A DNA stretch of 59,968 nucleotides, filler included, from Dimargaris cristalligena (GCA_003614675.1; 11 parts of 11 records of this genome joined end to end with filler, not necessarily neighbours in it); one strand, 5' to 3'. Shown: positions 23,235 through 38,049, counted from the first letter of the whole stretch. The notes: generated by a model from the letters alone, not told the origin. Numbers and translations are program-made.

Positions 23235-24557
23235 TTACATGATAATCTTGGGCTCGGTGACGTTTGAGCTAATGGTCTTATGGGGAAGCACGAAGCCGCC
23301 GTTGATGTAAATCTCGGGAGCCACGGTGACATCGTCACCGAGCACGGTCACGCCCTCCAGACGACTCCAGCGGCCCACGGTGGAGTTCCAGCCCACGATG
23401 GCACTCCGAATCCAGGCGTAGTCCTTGACCCGCACGGAATCGAGAAGAACACACCGCTGGAGCCGGACGCCGTCGCCGATGACCACGTTGGGGCCAATGA
23501 CCACATTAGGGCCGATCTTGCAGTCCTTGCCGATACGGGCGGTAGGGTGGACCATAACGTGGCCACCGTGGACATAGGGGGCAGTGGCAGGGGCCAGTTG
23601 CTCGGGGCTCTTCTTGGCCAGGCTGGCCAAGTACAGGCAAGTACCGGTCAGGAAATCCTTGGGTTGACCCACGTCCATCCAGAAGCCCTCCAGATCGAAA
23701 CAGTGCAGGGTGCTGTCGGCGGCCATACCCGGGAAGATTTCCTTTTCAATGGAGGTGGGGCGCAGGGGGATGCGGTCCAGGATGGTGGGGTTGAAGATGT
23801 AAATACCGGCGTTGATGCGGTTACCGACGAACTCAACGGGCTTTTCGACGAAGCGATCAATGTGGGTGGAACCAGGCTTAGTTACCACGACACCGTACTT
23901 GGAAGGTTCTTCGACCTTGGTGACCACGATGGTGCCTTCGTTGCCGTGCTGGATATGGAAGTCGCGGAGGGCCTCGAAGGGGAACTCGCAGATGACGTCG
24001 CTGTTCAGCACAAAGAAGGGCGAGTTGTCCTTGGACAGGATGTCCTTGGCAAGGGCCAGGGGACCGGCGGTACCAAGGGGCTCGCTCTCGACGGAGAAGG
24101 TGATGCGCACGCCGAGCTCTTCTTCGTATTTTTGCAGGACGGCGACCATGACTTCGGGGCGGTAGTTGACGGCCAGGACAATGTCCGTGACGCCGGCCTA
24201 GTAGAGCGGGAGAAGGGAGTGGAGTGTATGAGAGGATTAGTTAGGGTATAGGTGGGTCGAAGGAAGGTCTGGGGGTTATAGACCTTTCGGAAAGTGATAT
24301 TAGATTTAGGAGGGCGAAGGAATAGCGAGCGCCCGGGAAATTTCCGGGGGTAGACAACGCAGGGGCTGTTGCCCTTGTGTGCTAAGCACCTCTTGGCAGG
24401 AGCACTAGAGTAGAGAAGCTACACTTACCTTGACAAGCGCCTCAATCTGATGGAGAATCATGGAGCGGTTAGCGAACTCGACCAGAGGCTTGGGCTTGGT
24501 CAAGGTCAAGGGGCGGAGACGGGTACCGAAGCCACCGACGAGAATAAGAGCCTTCAT
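23235..24557 (-). CDS. PSA1: Mannose-1-phosphate guanylyltransferase (GDP-mannose pyrophosphorylase), 2 exons, 363 aa
   Basis: Exon 1 24557-24429 ([30 protein letters not shown]); intron 24428-24198 (GTAAGT...CTAAC...TAG); exon 2 24197-23235 ([18 protein letters not shown], hexapeptide repeats). Confidence 0.96.
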
Positions 24558-26471
24558 GGTAAATGGAGCGGGGGTTAGAGGGTTAGGAGGTGCAACAAGC
24601 GATAGTCCCGGAGTCGGAGCCGAAGGTATGCAGGTAGTAAGTAAGAAGGATGAGGTCGTAAAGAGAGAGAGAGTAATAGAATGGGTCAAGGAACGAGCGG
24701 GGTAGGTAGTGAAGGGGTATTTATTACATGGGTTTCGGATACACGGGAGAGTATCAAACCAAAGTATGTCTGGTCTCATTCCCACCCAGGCTTCTAGACC
24801 GTATATTACAATAGCCGTGGTTGGGGAAGGCCTGCTCACTTTCACTCACTCAGTCAGTCAGTCAGTCAGTCAGAGAGTATGTGTGGGTCTCGCTCGTTCT
24901 AATCACGGTGGCCCAATACTCCAGCTCTGATTGGTGCGGACGGCGTCACTCTTTCTTTGCCAACGGATTGTCGTCCTTCACCCCCCGCGCTCCCGTTTGG
25001 CTCGAACCGCACATCCCCCCATTATACAACGAGGACGACATTGTCCAAACCAGAGCATACTAAATAAAGACATTATATTGTTTAAAGCCAGGAGGAGGAG
25101 GAGACATGCCCATCCCTTACTGACCGGCCTATACAAGTCCACCTTCTCCTTTCACTCAACAAACCCACCACCATTCCTCGTAATTATCCCGACCCCCTGA
25201 CTGCTCCAACGAGACTACGCATCGGCCGTTTTCGGGTCCCTGGCTAGCAACCGAGTCCAACGCAGTGGGTCTGGATCCCCGCTGGTTTCACACTTCGACT
25301 GGCCCGAGACTGCGTTTCGTTCCGCATCAACCCCCCACGTGCACATATCTTCCCACCAAACCACCTCCGTCACCACCACAATCCTGCAGCATCCCTTGCG
25401 CTTCGGTTCCTCTGAGACTGAATTGCGGGGAGTGTCCCCGCCAACCTAACCCCTCCGCAACGACCAAAATATCCGCCCACTTCGTTGCACTTTGCAAGGC
25501 TAGTCTGTCCTCGCCCTGGCCACTGACTGTGTAGGTGTCTCTATCGTTCCCCCCTGTACGGGGAGTCGGCCAGTCAGAGTGGAGAGCCCGGCGGATGATA
25601 TGCTTACGCAGGTCAATCCCCAGGTAATTCACGAAGCACAGGAGTGTCTGTGGACCGCTCCGACTTTCCAAGGGGTGTTATCCATACAACTCACTCTCTG
25701 TTTCCATTCCCTCCCGCCTACTTTAGTCACTCCATCTGCTAAATTTATTTCCCCACAACAATAATATGGTGACAATCGGGTATCTCCTCCTTCACCACTC
25801 ACTGCTGTTGGATGGGCCTAATGTTTACCAACCGGCCCATCACTGGCTATTTCCGGACCGGCTTGCCACGGGTTCTTTAGGAAGGGGAGATTGTATTAGT
25901 GCTAGGTCATGTTAATATCCAGAGCGACACACCGTCGAGTTCCCAATAAGGACGTCCATAAGTAGGATGGGGTGGCTCCTTCCTTACAACCGGAAGACAA
26001 TCCCCCTAGAGACCAGTCGGGATAAACTTAATAATGCCGTTTACTGAAGCCCCGGAGAGCCGTGACTGCCGCCCGTTTGCAATAACTGCGCAAAAAAGCT
26101 AAAGGTGACCGGGGTATTGCCCAGCTGTCGTCCTTCCCTGACAGATTAAATAGTCCATTGGCCCAAGGCATCGGGGCATTGTACTAGTAGGGACAGATGA
26201 GGGTCAGTTAGTCAATGTACCAAACTAAAACTGTATGGCATTGGACTGCATTCCCCCCCCCCCCGGCCTGGGTTACCCGGGATAGCCTGATTGGCGCAGA
26301 CCCATTTCCTGGGGAAATTCCTTTACTGACTGTGGTTATTGGAGTGACTTTCGGTTTTTACGGACCATCATAACTTTACTTCATTTCCTGCCAACCCTGT
26401 TACCGTCTTTCAAGCCTTTTCTTTTTCCAAACTTACATTCCAAGTGCTTCGTTGATACGCCGACCAAAACC

Positions 26472-27167
26472 ATGGACGACTTCTCCGCCTACGTTCTCTC
26501 CACATCCCTGCCGACCCCGGACGAGCCCAAGGAACCCCAAGCGGCTTCAGTTGAACGTCACCAAGTTACAAGTAAGTGTAACCACCCTGAAGTGCTTTCT
26601 AGCCTGGCCTTTGTGTCACCGCAGAATATGCGGTCGAGGTGCGCGACCCATATAGTCCATGGTGAAGGAACTTCCCCAATGGACCTGCGGCCATCTGGCC
26701 GTTTCTTCCAAGACAACCAACTGACCGGCCCCGCTAGGCTATTTTCAACCTACGGCTGGCGATTTATAACCGTTCGATAGATGCCTATCCAATGGTGGCT
26801 ATATCTCGAGTCGTCATGTTCGTATTATCCCCACCCACACTTGGCTATTTCCAAAGATGCCTGCAGGGGTTAAAACTAAATTGTATATGGCTATGGTATC
26901 TTCCCCCATTTTATCCTGCCTTGTTCGACCATAGGTCCATCAACTTCCGCACAACCGCAGGCATCAGCTTCCACGAGCGGCCCCTCATCATCAACCGCTC
27001 CATTGACTGCTTCCTTCGAGCTACCGTCGGGCCAGTCCACTGCGGAGGCGGACTCGGATGCTCTCACCCATCTGCTTACGCACTCGTCCGACTGGTACAC
27101 CAAGGATATTTCAGAGTTCAAGGATGCCGTCCATTTCGATAAACTCTACGCCGCCTTGAAGAAACAG
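26472..27167 (+). CDS. Hypothetical spliced gene, 5' part
   Basis: ATG exon 26472-26571 ends at GTAAGT (phase 1) and splices in frame to exon 26935-27167 (after CATAG, ending at CAG|GTAGGT). It continues beyond the contig. No family recognised. Confidence 0.4.
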
Positions 27168-29649
27168 GTAGGTTATGCATTAATTATCCTCTCGTGCCCC
27201 CTTCATACAAATCCTGGGTTTAATAAGTTTATTCAGGCTAATACACGGGTATGAAATTTCCATTCCCCCGTCTCTAATACCCCCCCCCCCCCCCCCCCCC
27301 CCCCCCACCTTNNNNNNNNNNNNNNNNNNNNNNNNNNNNNNNNNNNNNNNNNNNNTTAATTAATTAANNNNNNNNNNNNNNNNNNNNNNNNNNNNNNNNN
27401 NNNNNNNNNNNGGCTTCAGGTGCTAATTAGCCTTTCACCCTGTTTCATCTAATTTAGGCACCTCACCAGCACCCGAGGATTATCAATAGAGCCCTTTGGG
27501 GTCATGGTGATGAATTATTTTCCAATTACCTTACAGTACCCAAAGCTGGGAGTGACACCAAACACTTTATACCCAGTATCCCATTGAGTATTTGGTGTTT
27601 GGTTAGCATCCATCCTACTTGGGTAACCCTTAGGGTTGTCCAGCTTCTACCATATGAATATCCTTCTTGAATAACCCCTCCAATCATCAGATATTTGCAT
27701 ACTTGCCCCATAAAAACTTACCCTATCAGTTCCCCATGTCCCAGTATCATTATATATCACACTACTCTCCCATCCATAGGATGCTTGAATAGATAATCCA
27801 ACACAGCTTGATTTAATATCAGCCCAGTGAACCCCTAGGCCGCACTTGAGCAACTGTCATTTCCAATATCACCTATTATTCTTATTTTCCTAGTGCAGGA
27901 TTTGTGTGCTTAATTGAGCAGTATACAATGATAATAGAGGCTACTGCATAGTCTAGAATGCTTAAATGAGGACGATTGCTAATAGTTGACTCCAGACAAA
28001 GCGGGCCACTATTATCAAAATCATTGGCTGTTTTATTTCAACAATCCCTGACATTGTATGGTCAATCCATGCTGTCAATGAAACATCTGGCAGGAAACTA
28101 GGATAAATTGGGATTCCTTCCCCATAGATACGTGGGTTTAATAGTCACTTACTCTGAAATTTCAGCCAACCAGTCTGGATTTCAAATACCAAGTTTATTT
28201 TCAATACATGTAAAACATGTTGGAATATAAAGATGCATCAATACAACTGGGATTAAAGGAGGAAAGCAGCTGGTAATCAGTTGTTGCCTTTAGGTGATTA
28301 GTTTTATTGAACAGTATAATCTGTAGGGTGAAAGAAAAGTGGTTAAAAAGAGTGGGCTCAGGTTAGCTAAATTAACTAATGTATTTAGTGGAAAGGATAG
28401 GATAAAAGACTTGTCAGGATATATTTTTCAACATGTTTGATATTGGTTACTGGCCATGTATCGAAGCATCCCTTGGGCAAACAGGGGGCTAAAATGACAC
28501 GAGGTCTTTCTGGGGCTGTCTAGTGACCTAACATTGACCACACGCCATTTCGAAGAGGAAGGTAGGGGTGGCGGGTGCCAGGGAGGGGACTTTCCTGTAT
28601 TTAAAAAAATGTGCCAGGCTTACGGGACAAAGATAGTACCTGGATTTTCGGAAATTATTCTGGATAGATACCACAGGCCAAAGAAGGCTACTAAAATAAT
28701 ACGAGGAAAAGAAATTCGTAAGGCAATCGGGAGACTATTTTTGCGTAGTTTTATGGAATAATGGCTGAATAGTCGATAAGGAGAATACATATTTCAGACC
28801 TGCCACTTCCATGCCAGTACCCACAGATACCAAAATATATTAATAAAAAAACGGCGATATAATTTGTATGGTTTATTCCAATTGTAACTTGGATGGTCAT
28901 GAATAATTCCCGGTCGGTCTATTATTTTGGCCGATCACCGAAGGACAGGAACCTTCACCCTTTTTATTAGGGGCGCAGCATTTGACCGAAACTATGCTAT
29001 GTCTTACTGGTGACCATTTGGTCAGTGGTTAAGCTTCTCCAGTAGGGTTTAACAGGAGCCATCGACAGTGTATTATAATGCCTAGCAGGCGAATTCATCC
29101 TAGCTAAATAAGGCATACAGTAGATAACAATGCAGGGTCTAACTGACATGTCTGATCTGATTATCCTCGGGCGAAACCAGACCGGGAAGTTAATGGAGTG
29201 TTACAGCATTGTCATCATAAAATTCTTATTTATTAGGAGCCTCCTGTCAAAAGCCTCGGAAATAGCCCTATCCTAGGATTAGGTGCCGCAGGTTATAATG
29301 ACCTGTACCATTACACTAGTTAATTATGTCTAGCCATAGTCTAATAGTTATTGTAATACAGATTCGTCAGTTGGACAGGTTCATGAAGCCATTCGAATAA
29401 GTCAGCAAAGGGAATACCGGGACTTGGTTGCTATTCCATGGCCAATTTCTAATATCTACCACCTGATTAAGGCATTGTCTCCCCATTAATTTTTTTGGAA
29501 TAGCCACATGGTTGTAAGTCCGCGTTGAAGGGATCGCTGGATACCTGCATAGTATCTGGTCAATAAAATTTATGATAGTAACTCATGTGGGTGAAATGTG
29601 ACCCAGCGGTATAGGGCTGTAAATAATATATATGCGGGACAGTAGGTGG

Positions 29650-29760
29650 ATATCTATTTTTTTACCTGAGGCCTTTGCCTTATTCAATGGGGTTTTCACT
29701 ACACAGCTTGGTTGGACCCCACCTATATAAATGCAGCTGAGTTTCGTACTTGGTAACTGT
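29650..29760 (+). repeat. Decayed dispersed repeat/gene-family fragment (copy 1 of 3)
   Basis: Reads GLCLIQWGFHYTAWLDPTYI, homologous to minus-strand NICFIQRIFRYTTRLNLSHI (about 33440-33520) and NFCLIQQIICYTTRINLSYM (about 39440-39515). Boundaries approximate. Confidence 0.55.
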
Positions 29761-32152
29761 GACGTTTTACGACCCTTGTCTAACGCACATAATATTACTG
29801 GCGTGTCCCTTCGCGTCTCCTTAATTATCATTCGGCAGTTCGAGTCATCGCTGCTTTGCATTACTCCGGGTTACCCCGGCCCGACCACAACACGCCATAA
29901 TTGTGTCCCGCTTTCAGTAACTACATTAACTTCTTATAAAAAGGACGTCTTCGGTGCACGTCGAAAAACAACAATCATCATAACCCTCAACATTTTACAT
30001 CACCGTTTTAGTTCTTCTATCTATCTTCCTATTTTTACCTATTATTTTATTATACCCCGAATAAACCTTTGTCTTAACACCAACATTGACGTTGGACAAA
30101 CTGGGGTTATCTCTAAACGCTTATATCGTTACAGTAACCATAAATTGATTACATATGCTAGGTTCACTACTCCACCACACTACTCCCAACTGGCATTCTC
30201 TTGTACCCTCCAAATTCTATTTGCACTCCTCCTATCCCTCTCACTTTCTCCCTCACCCCCTACCTCCATCATCCTTCTTCATGCAATGGCCATACTAAGG
30301 CCTCCCCCTGCATCAACGCAGGCAACAATTATATTTAGTCACCCCCAACAGGGTGATTTTTCGCATCCCTCATTTATCTTGAGGGATTACGTTGTGCACG
30401 ATCCACAGGCCAAACTTACTGAGGCCGACCGGGGTCGTGCAAATCAACCAGCCTCCCTCTAGTCCAATCCCGGGAGGTGCCTGCCAAAGTGCAGGTTAAA
30501 TGAAGTTAATTTCACCGATTTTTGTTTTACCTTATATGGATATTTGTATATAGTTGTAGGTAGCTGGATTCAACATCCTTTATATATTCCAGTTTCCGTC
30601 CACTTAATGAACGATTTCAATAGTCTAGTATATTTTTTTCTTTAGAACCTGGTCTAGGGTAAAGGCCGGTAATAAGATAATTGGGCTGCGTTATTCTGTA
30701 TATACGATAATGCCGTCGCGGTGATTGGGATAATGGAGGGGCTGTGGAGGAATGCCTTTGTTTGATTTTTCGGTGGAATTTATTGAAATGGCTGGCTGAA
30801 GCGGGTACATTTTAATTTAAAATATTAGGATTGGCAATACATGCTAGTCAGGGAGATATTTACGGATATATTTCAGGTTAGTTGTCCCTTCGATTAGTAT
30901 CATAAAAATAGATACCGATTAATACAAACAGCCCATCTATCAATCGGCCAGTATTCTCTATTCGATTTCCAGGTATAATTATAAAAAATCAACTCATTTT
31001 ACATTATTAGATGAAATTTACAGCCCCAATAGACATCCCCTACCTATCTTGCCAATGGCTGTGCACCGGCTCGATCTTAAGGTAACCGTTAGTTTTACAT
31101 GGACGTATCTGTAAGCCTGTGTTACTCTTTATATAAAGGTTTGGGCCGATGGATTCATTGAAGATAACATAACCCGTAAATGTACCTCTAGATTATTTAA
31201 TTTACTCAGGAAATTTCATTGATATGGCTACTTTCTCGACAACTTCCATCGTCAATAAACATATACCATGAAATATGTAGTAGCCCGGCTATAGCCCTAC
31301 TCCAACAGATAAGGCCACCTTTTACGATTAATATTGCCTGATTACGTCAAGGGGACATTGCTCAGTAGCAGTCATTTATTTATTCTATGAATAGGTTGGG
31401 TGTAGTTCCGGTGGGTACCAATAACTTACATCGATATTACAACTCACATTACAATCCAAACCTACAGTTAAGTTGAATCTCGCCCATATTTTAAAATCTG
31501 ATCAAGACAATTAAATTCCTATCCATATATATTTGCTAGACATTCGACAGCACCAGCTGGTAGAACGTTTCTTATAATAATATCGCATCGTTCGGCGTGG
31601 CTTCATTCATTACTTTCAAATTCAAGTAGAGAGATCGATTCCTTTAAAAAAACAAGAGCAAAAAAAAAGTAAATTACTTGAAACTTCCGTTCTGCGGTAA
31701 GCTGATTTAGCCATCATAACTACTAATAAAACAAATAACTTGAGGGGCTTAATAAAATGGTATGAAAGATATGGATATAACTTAGATTGCAGTCAAGTTT
31801 ACACCGCCGGGTGTACTATATGATGGGGGGGGTGTAGAAACTCATAAATCTGGAAAGAGCAGTCAGTCACCCAAATAGATTAGTAAAAAAAAAAGGTATA
31901 AAATAGGGCGAATTGGAATATTAAAATAGCGATGCAGGCCAACTGGATTGCAAATACACCCATTGGATGGTGTTGGTTGCTCTCATCCGACAGTAGCCAT
32001 TTCAGGTCCAACGGAACTACGGAGGCGACACAGTGCACACCGAGACCCGTAAAAAAACTGCTTGTAAAAAGGGTTTGTTTGGTTTTTGTAGAAAATGAAA
32101 AAACACACGCACACACACACGGAGTAGAGTAGCAAAACCAAATAATTCAAAA

Positions 32153-32778
32153 TTATTTTACATAAAAGTAATGGCGAATCTTGTCGAGAGCGTCCAAGAC
32201 GGGTTGCACCTGCTGCCCTTCCACCGGGGGATAATAAAAGACCGAACTCTGAATGGCCTCGTGGCCTGAATTCGATTTCGAATGGGTTGATGAAGCATCA
32301 TGACTCGTCACCGAACTATTATCCGCCGTCCCTCCATGGCTCGACCCCGGCGTATCCGCTGGGCTTCCTCCGCCTTCGGAGGTCGCCGCCCCTAGTTTAT
32401 CCCACTGTTGGTCCGCCCGCCATTGTGGCCGGTAGAGCAAGTCGGTCCAAATCGTGAGGAGTGGTCGGATATCGCGCGTGACGTCTTCGACCTCTTCCTG
32501 CTGACTCAGCATAAGTTCGAGGACTTTAAAGAACCCGCGGCTTAGTTCACTGAAGTATTCGACCAGCATTGGACCAGGAAAGCCAGGGATAACGGAAGAA
32601 GAAGGCTGTTGTTGCTGCTGGTGGTGGTTTCCCCGACCCGGTGTAGGACTACGGTCCCGACCCCGGGTCAGGAGTTTAGCCAGTTTGTTCAGCGTATCAC
32701 GGTACATGGTAATTTCCAGGTTAAGCGGGTCCCGTTGGGCGGATTGCAAGATTAAATTAAACTGTTTTTTAAGACGGG
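32153..32778 (-). CDS. Hypothetical protein, C-terminal fragment
   Basis: Frame is open from the contig edge (RLKKQFNLILQSAQRDPLNLE...) to the stop at 32153. GC-rich, with helical segments and low-complexity inserts. Confidence 0.55.
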
Positions 32779-34033
32779 NNNNNNNNNNNNNNNNNNNNNN
32801 NNNNNNNNNNNNNNNNNNNNNNTTAATTAATTAANNNNNNNNNNNNNNNNNNNNNNNNNNNNNNNNNNNNNNNNNNNNTGATGTTCTTCATCTTTTCTAA
32901 ACTAAAATTAGTTTGGCCGGGATATGCTATTAGAGTTTAAGCAGGCCCGGCCACAACACCAGTTATTTACTTTAATATTCAAGAATATAATGTTATTTTT
33001 ATTAAGGTATAGCAAGGTCAGGATATTGGATCATTATTCCTAATGTACATATATTGCTTGTTAGTTGGCTGACTTGGGCAGAATCTGTTCACCACTTGTA
33101 TTGCGAGGCGTGATTGTCATTAGGAATTAGTTGGATATTTACATTGGTGAAATTGAGCATCAGCTGGAGTTCTTAGTGTTTAGTCTTGTTTAACAATTGT
33201 ACTAGTACAGAGAGAGTGTAATACAAAAACCATTAATGGCAAAGATCATATCCGCAAAATATTGAAATATCAGGGACCTTGGAGCTCTAGATCATGAATA
33301 TTAGGGGTGTTTCATCGAATGAACGTGAGTCTCAGTTCTGGGCTATCATTAGGTATAATATTTACATTAGAATAGAGCAGTTGTGTTTGGTGAGGGGAAG
33401 TGTATGGGCACCTCCATTTCCTCTTACTGCTGTTTTCTCTATAGATATGGGAGAGGTTCAACCGAGTTGTATAACGAAAAATCCGTTGGATGAAGCAAAT
33501 ATTACTGGTTAATAATAAACCACTCATATAATATCACATACACTTATCATTTAAAACCTTATACAGCTGGGCCGGATTTCACCCATATGCATTGTTAAAA
33601 AGTGCAGGATTGGGGGCAGTCTTATCTATTTACCAATTTTACCGTGTATAATCATTGCCAAATTTATTCATGTTACAATAGAGGCATTAACATTGCCTTA
33701 ACAAAACAGTAATCCGTCACCTCTGACACTGTGGGTGGAAAACATCCACCGATAGCAAGGTCTGATGCAGAAAACATATATCGTTGTTAATAAGAAACCC
33801 TCACTGGTGACCGCGTGGACATCAGCAGTGATATTATATCAATTCCTAATGCCCGATTCATTTAAACCCACCAGTTTTCTACTTAAATTGGGGAGCGCAA
33901 ATATGGGTACGAATATGAGTATGAACATGAACATGAGTTTGAGTATGGTTTCAAGTGCGATTTTGAGTCCGGTCATATTTTTACTGTCCGTTACGATTAT
34001 TTACTACAGAGTATATTAATAGATTATTATGTG

Positions 34034-34095
34034 AACCTGTTTTTTAATATATCTTTAAAGTCAACCTGTTTCTTAATATATCTTTAAAGTCAACC
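34034..34095 (+). repeat. 29-bp tandem duplication
   Basis: AACCTGTTT(T/C)TTAATATATCTTTAAAGTC twice, plus AACC. Confidence 0.9.
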
Positions 34096-36038
34096 ACTCG
34101 TTTGTTAATTATACGAGGAACCTCAAGGGTGGAGTGGAAATAACCAGGATTCTTTGAGTCAACTAATATTGACCTTACTTTAGTAATTTATTTTGTTTCT
34201 CTATAAATAGTTTTAATTCTCATTAACCACCCTATCCCGAACATCCTGCCACCATTCTGTTTTCCCAAAAGAGACGAAGTCCCCGTCAACGGCATCCTCA
34301 TTGTTCTCGTTTTCCAGGCCTATATCCTCAAAGGAGTGGTGTTGTGTCCCAAGCACCCCACCCAGCTCTGGTTCTATTCAGCCCGAAAGGAATACGCTGA
34401 ATCTTCTCATATCCCCGGAACCCCGGGCCCTGCGCCCTGGCACTTCAACTACGCTCTTGAATAAATTGGTTATCTAATCCCAAGTGATCTACGTGCTTTT
34501 AATATTTAGGATCCATGCCACAGGGGCCAACCACTCTTAATCTACGAAGGGTCTATGTGCAGAGCTCCCCAACGGTAACATTTTCGTCCCCAGCTGTGGG
34601 CGGCGTGTGTTCGTCAGTGAAAGGCGGGAGAAAGGACTAATTTTAGTGGTCACTTCACTCCAGTGTATATTATACCCATAGATTACCTTGTAAGATAACT
34701 ATTTGGCAACTATCTCTCTTGAGTAAGTCGCTCAAATAAAGGAGTGGCCAATTGTTGGCCTTGCATTGGCGACTATTCTAAAAATAATTGCCAGGGGGTT
34801 GGAATTTACACCTGCATACCAAAGTCTAACATCTCTTGCATTATCCGACCACCTGTTTTGAGCCTTTTGGTCCCATATTGCTGAGCTATGACCCAAGTAT
34901 TCATACCACCAATCAATATAGGCAGTCAGCGGAATTTCCTCCTTTGTGGGGTGTCATCGGCTTCATCTCGGAATCTATCGCTGATTCTTATTATTAAATT
35001 GCCACAATTAATCTCTCTGCTAACTAACGTCAATCTCCTTACTTTTTTTTACAATCATATTTTAATATTTTCTATATAATTTGAACTAATGATATTCCGA
35101 TTGCTCGTCCCTGCCTGTCTGATACAGTGACTGCATTCATCCCAGGAACTACCTTTTCCAAGTCAATGAGCGTCCCATTCTCAGCTGCTAGGGAGCCGGC
35201 CCCAACGTCTTTGGGCCATGCTGAAAGGGGGGCAGCACCTCCCACCCGATTTCCCGAGCCTTATAGCAAAAAGACTGGAGTCCAATAACTCTACGGAGTG
35301 AAGGGCTTATATAGTAAAGAATGTACTCATATTCCTGTATACTAAGGTAGTACAGTTTGAGAGTTTTACCGCATTACTGTGTGATACTAACCAGCTGAAG
35401 TACATTCTCAGTTTTTATGTAGTTATTATGACGAGAAAAGTGAATATTAATATACAATAATTTATTTAAATCCCAGGAATAACATGCAAGGACATATCCA
35501 CAAAATACGGATATATTTCTAATTATGGAGCTCTGATTTGCTACTACTACTGCAATTCCATTAGATGGTCCCTGCTTCCCTTGGCGCCGAGCCGTCATTA
35601 GGGGGGTGGTATTTGCACTACATAATATCTTGGTTGCCATATTTGGTGAGAGGAATGACATCGATATCCTCATTTACTCTCCCTGTCGTTTACCTTCTAC
35701 AAGGGCCACATGAGCCCCAACCTTGCCCTTGTTGGGCCATTCACTATATGGCCCGGTTTCACAGAAACCAGATCCACTGTTGAAGTTGCAAATTAGGATA
35801 CGCACGACGTTCTTCCTTATGCATCTCAAGCCAGGCAGCGATTGTGGTTTTATTGATAGATAAGCCTTATACCTAACCCCGCTTTGCTCGCCCGTTTTTC
35901 CGGTAGCTAGTTAAAATAAAGCTGATAGTCTTCCAGCCCGTAGCCCTAACCAAGTATTTCCTGCTTAGATTAAACCACCCACCCTTATCTATATTTACCG
36001 CCCTTTGTCTAAGCGAACTCTAAGCTCTATTCACTCCC

Positions 36039-37034
36039 ATGACCACATGGCTTATCCGCGTTGCCTTCCAGGCTCTATGCTGGACATTGGTCTTGGCCAA
36101 TCATTTTACATGGGCCACACATAGCCCTTATCAAACCACAAATGCTTTTTCACCATTTCCGATATTATCGTGGACCTCCTCGCCAGTCATCGACCCTCGA
36201 ACGGGGAAATATTTTTATGGAGACAGGTATGTGAATACACCCCAGTTCATTGGAGATAGTCATGAAAATGCCCGGCCAAGTTTGCCAGTAGGCAAAGGAA
36301 CACCGCCGTCTTCATCGGATCCGTCATCAACCGCGTTAGGGACAGTGAATCATGAACTTAGGTCGGCCATCACGGGTCCTTATGACACTCAGCCCCGGGA
36401 TGCTGTCGGTCCAGAAAATCACTCGAGCACCCAGGCTATCCGGGCAATAAAATCTGCGGTCCCTGCCACTGGGAAGGATATGGGATTGCCGGATGTGCTC
36501 GCACTTCTAAAAAGGAATCGCACTACTCTCCCGTTGGAAAAAAGCCGAGAGATATGCAAGAGCCTATCGGGTATGGCCTTTCATGTATACCCGCACGCAT
36601 CTGCCATTGACATTAGCGCCAACTCTGTTAGTCCGGCACACTCATGGATCAGCTTAACTTTTCGAAGCCATTTCGGCTCATTTTGGGAAAGTATTAAAAA
36701 AAGCGGAACAAGTTGTAGCCGACCTTTCGCTGCAAGACTAAGTCAATTTCTTAAAAATAATGGACGATCTATGTCTAAGCCAGTAATGGTTTACGGGTTT
36801 ACGTGGGACCACGATAATAGAAAAATCCAACTCCATTTCTTCACCAACAACCAGGGATATCAATGTGACGAACTTATCCATTTTACCGAAACATTTAATT
36901 GCAATGGTTCACTTAAAATTATTCCTCTTATAGAGGATTCCGACCACACAATTGCGGGCCTAAATAATTTAGGGGCCAAATTTAATATTCGGAACAAAAA
37001 CCGCTTTTGCGACAGAATGCCACCCCTTCCTTGA
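36039..37034 (+). CDS. Putative secreted protein of unknown function, 331 aa
   Basis: Intronless ORF in an AT-rich, gene-poor contig. Hydrophobic signal-peptide-like N-terminus (MTTWLIRVAFQALCWTLVLA), Ser/Pro/Thr linker and a Cys-containing C-terminal domain. Confidence 0.6.
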   Translation: MTTWLIRVAFQALCWTLVLANHFTWATHSPYQTTNAFSPFPILSWTSSPVIDPRTGKYFYGDRYVNTPQFIGDSHENARPSLPVGKGTPPSSSDPSSTALGTVNHELRSAITGPYDTQPRDAVGPENHSSTQAIRAIKSAVPATGKDMGLPDVLALLKRNRTTLPLEKSREICKSLSGMAFHVYPHASAIDISANSVSPAHSWISLTFRSHFGSFWESIKKSGTSCSRPFAARLSQFLKNNGRSMSKPVMVYGFTWDHDNRKIQLHFFTNNQGYQCDELIHFTETFNCNGSLKIIPLIEDSDHTIAGLNNLGAKFNIRNKNRFCDRMPPLP

Positions 37035-38049
37035 ATAAATTATTGTTATTATTATTTTACCACGAACACTTTGTATTTTATTAATACCCAGTGATTAGTC
37101 AAGACTGAGAAGTATTTGGATTGTTCCATGAACATGGCATTGAGTAGAATTACAGTAGATTTTAGAACCTCGACATCTAGACAATGTTTGCTTAGAGTAC
37201 GCCCAAACCAAAGCTGTAAAGGGCGTCTTATGGGTAACAAGGGTCGCGGGTATGGAATATAATGAGTTGGCTAGTAAAATGACATATTAGTCTGCCTAAT
37301 ATCTGAGTGACAACTCTGTGAATGGGTTCGGCTTGATATAACTACGCAGAAAAAAAAACTGACACTGCCGACAAGGAATAGGCCAGGGAAGCACACTAGC
37401 AGATAATAAATATATGGCGAGTAGGGGAGGTAATACCTTCAGTAATTGAATTCCCTCGCCTCATTGATGGAACTAAGCAACAGTTGCGCCTCAAATATGA
37501 AGGAGGGATGGCACTATTCCACCTGATTATTAAAAACGGTAGTAAGTAAATATGTTTATCCATTAGGAAACCAACCCCTCCGCCCACTTCCTATGTTACA
37601 ATAGACCGCTGCACTTATATTCAAACGGGGATTCATGATGTAAAATATTATATTGTATATCCTTCAATATTGGCCGCCCTGAATTCAAATTTACCATGTC
37701 CCGTATATTTCTTTGATAGCACGGTCTATCAGGTGATCCAAATAGTAGTTCACTGAACCATAATAACAAGTACTGATATACATTAAAGCACACCTGGCCA
37801 GCTACCAAGGGGGCTACATTTTCATTTTATGGAGTTGTTGTCGGAGACCAATGAAAGGAAGAATAAAATTTCAAAATAATATGTTTAGCACTGCATACGT
37901 AGGCTAAACGCATTAATTATTTTGGGAAACGATCATGCTATAGGCATCTCTGCAACTACTAATGACCATAACGAAAGACCATACACTAAAAAAAAAAATC
38001 CATAAAAAGAGTTAAGGCCAAATCAGCCTTAGAAAGGCTGAAAAATAAG

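Noticed and set aside
27279-27306. Poly-C tract and microsatellites near 21197, 24850 and 54168
   Set aside because: Ordinary simple repeats; the poly-C probably caused the contig break.
29731-30462. 243-aa ORF
   Set aside because: Low-information translation of AT/pyrimidine-rich DNA with no recognisable domain.
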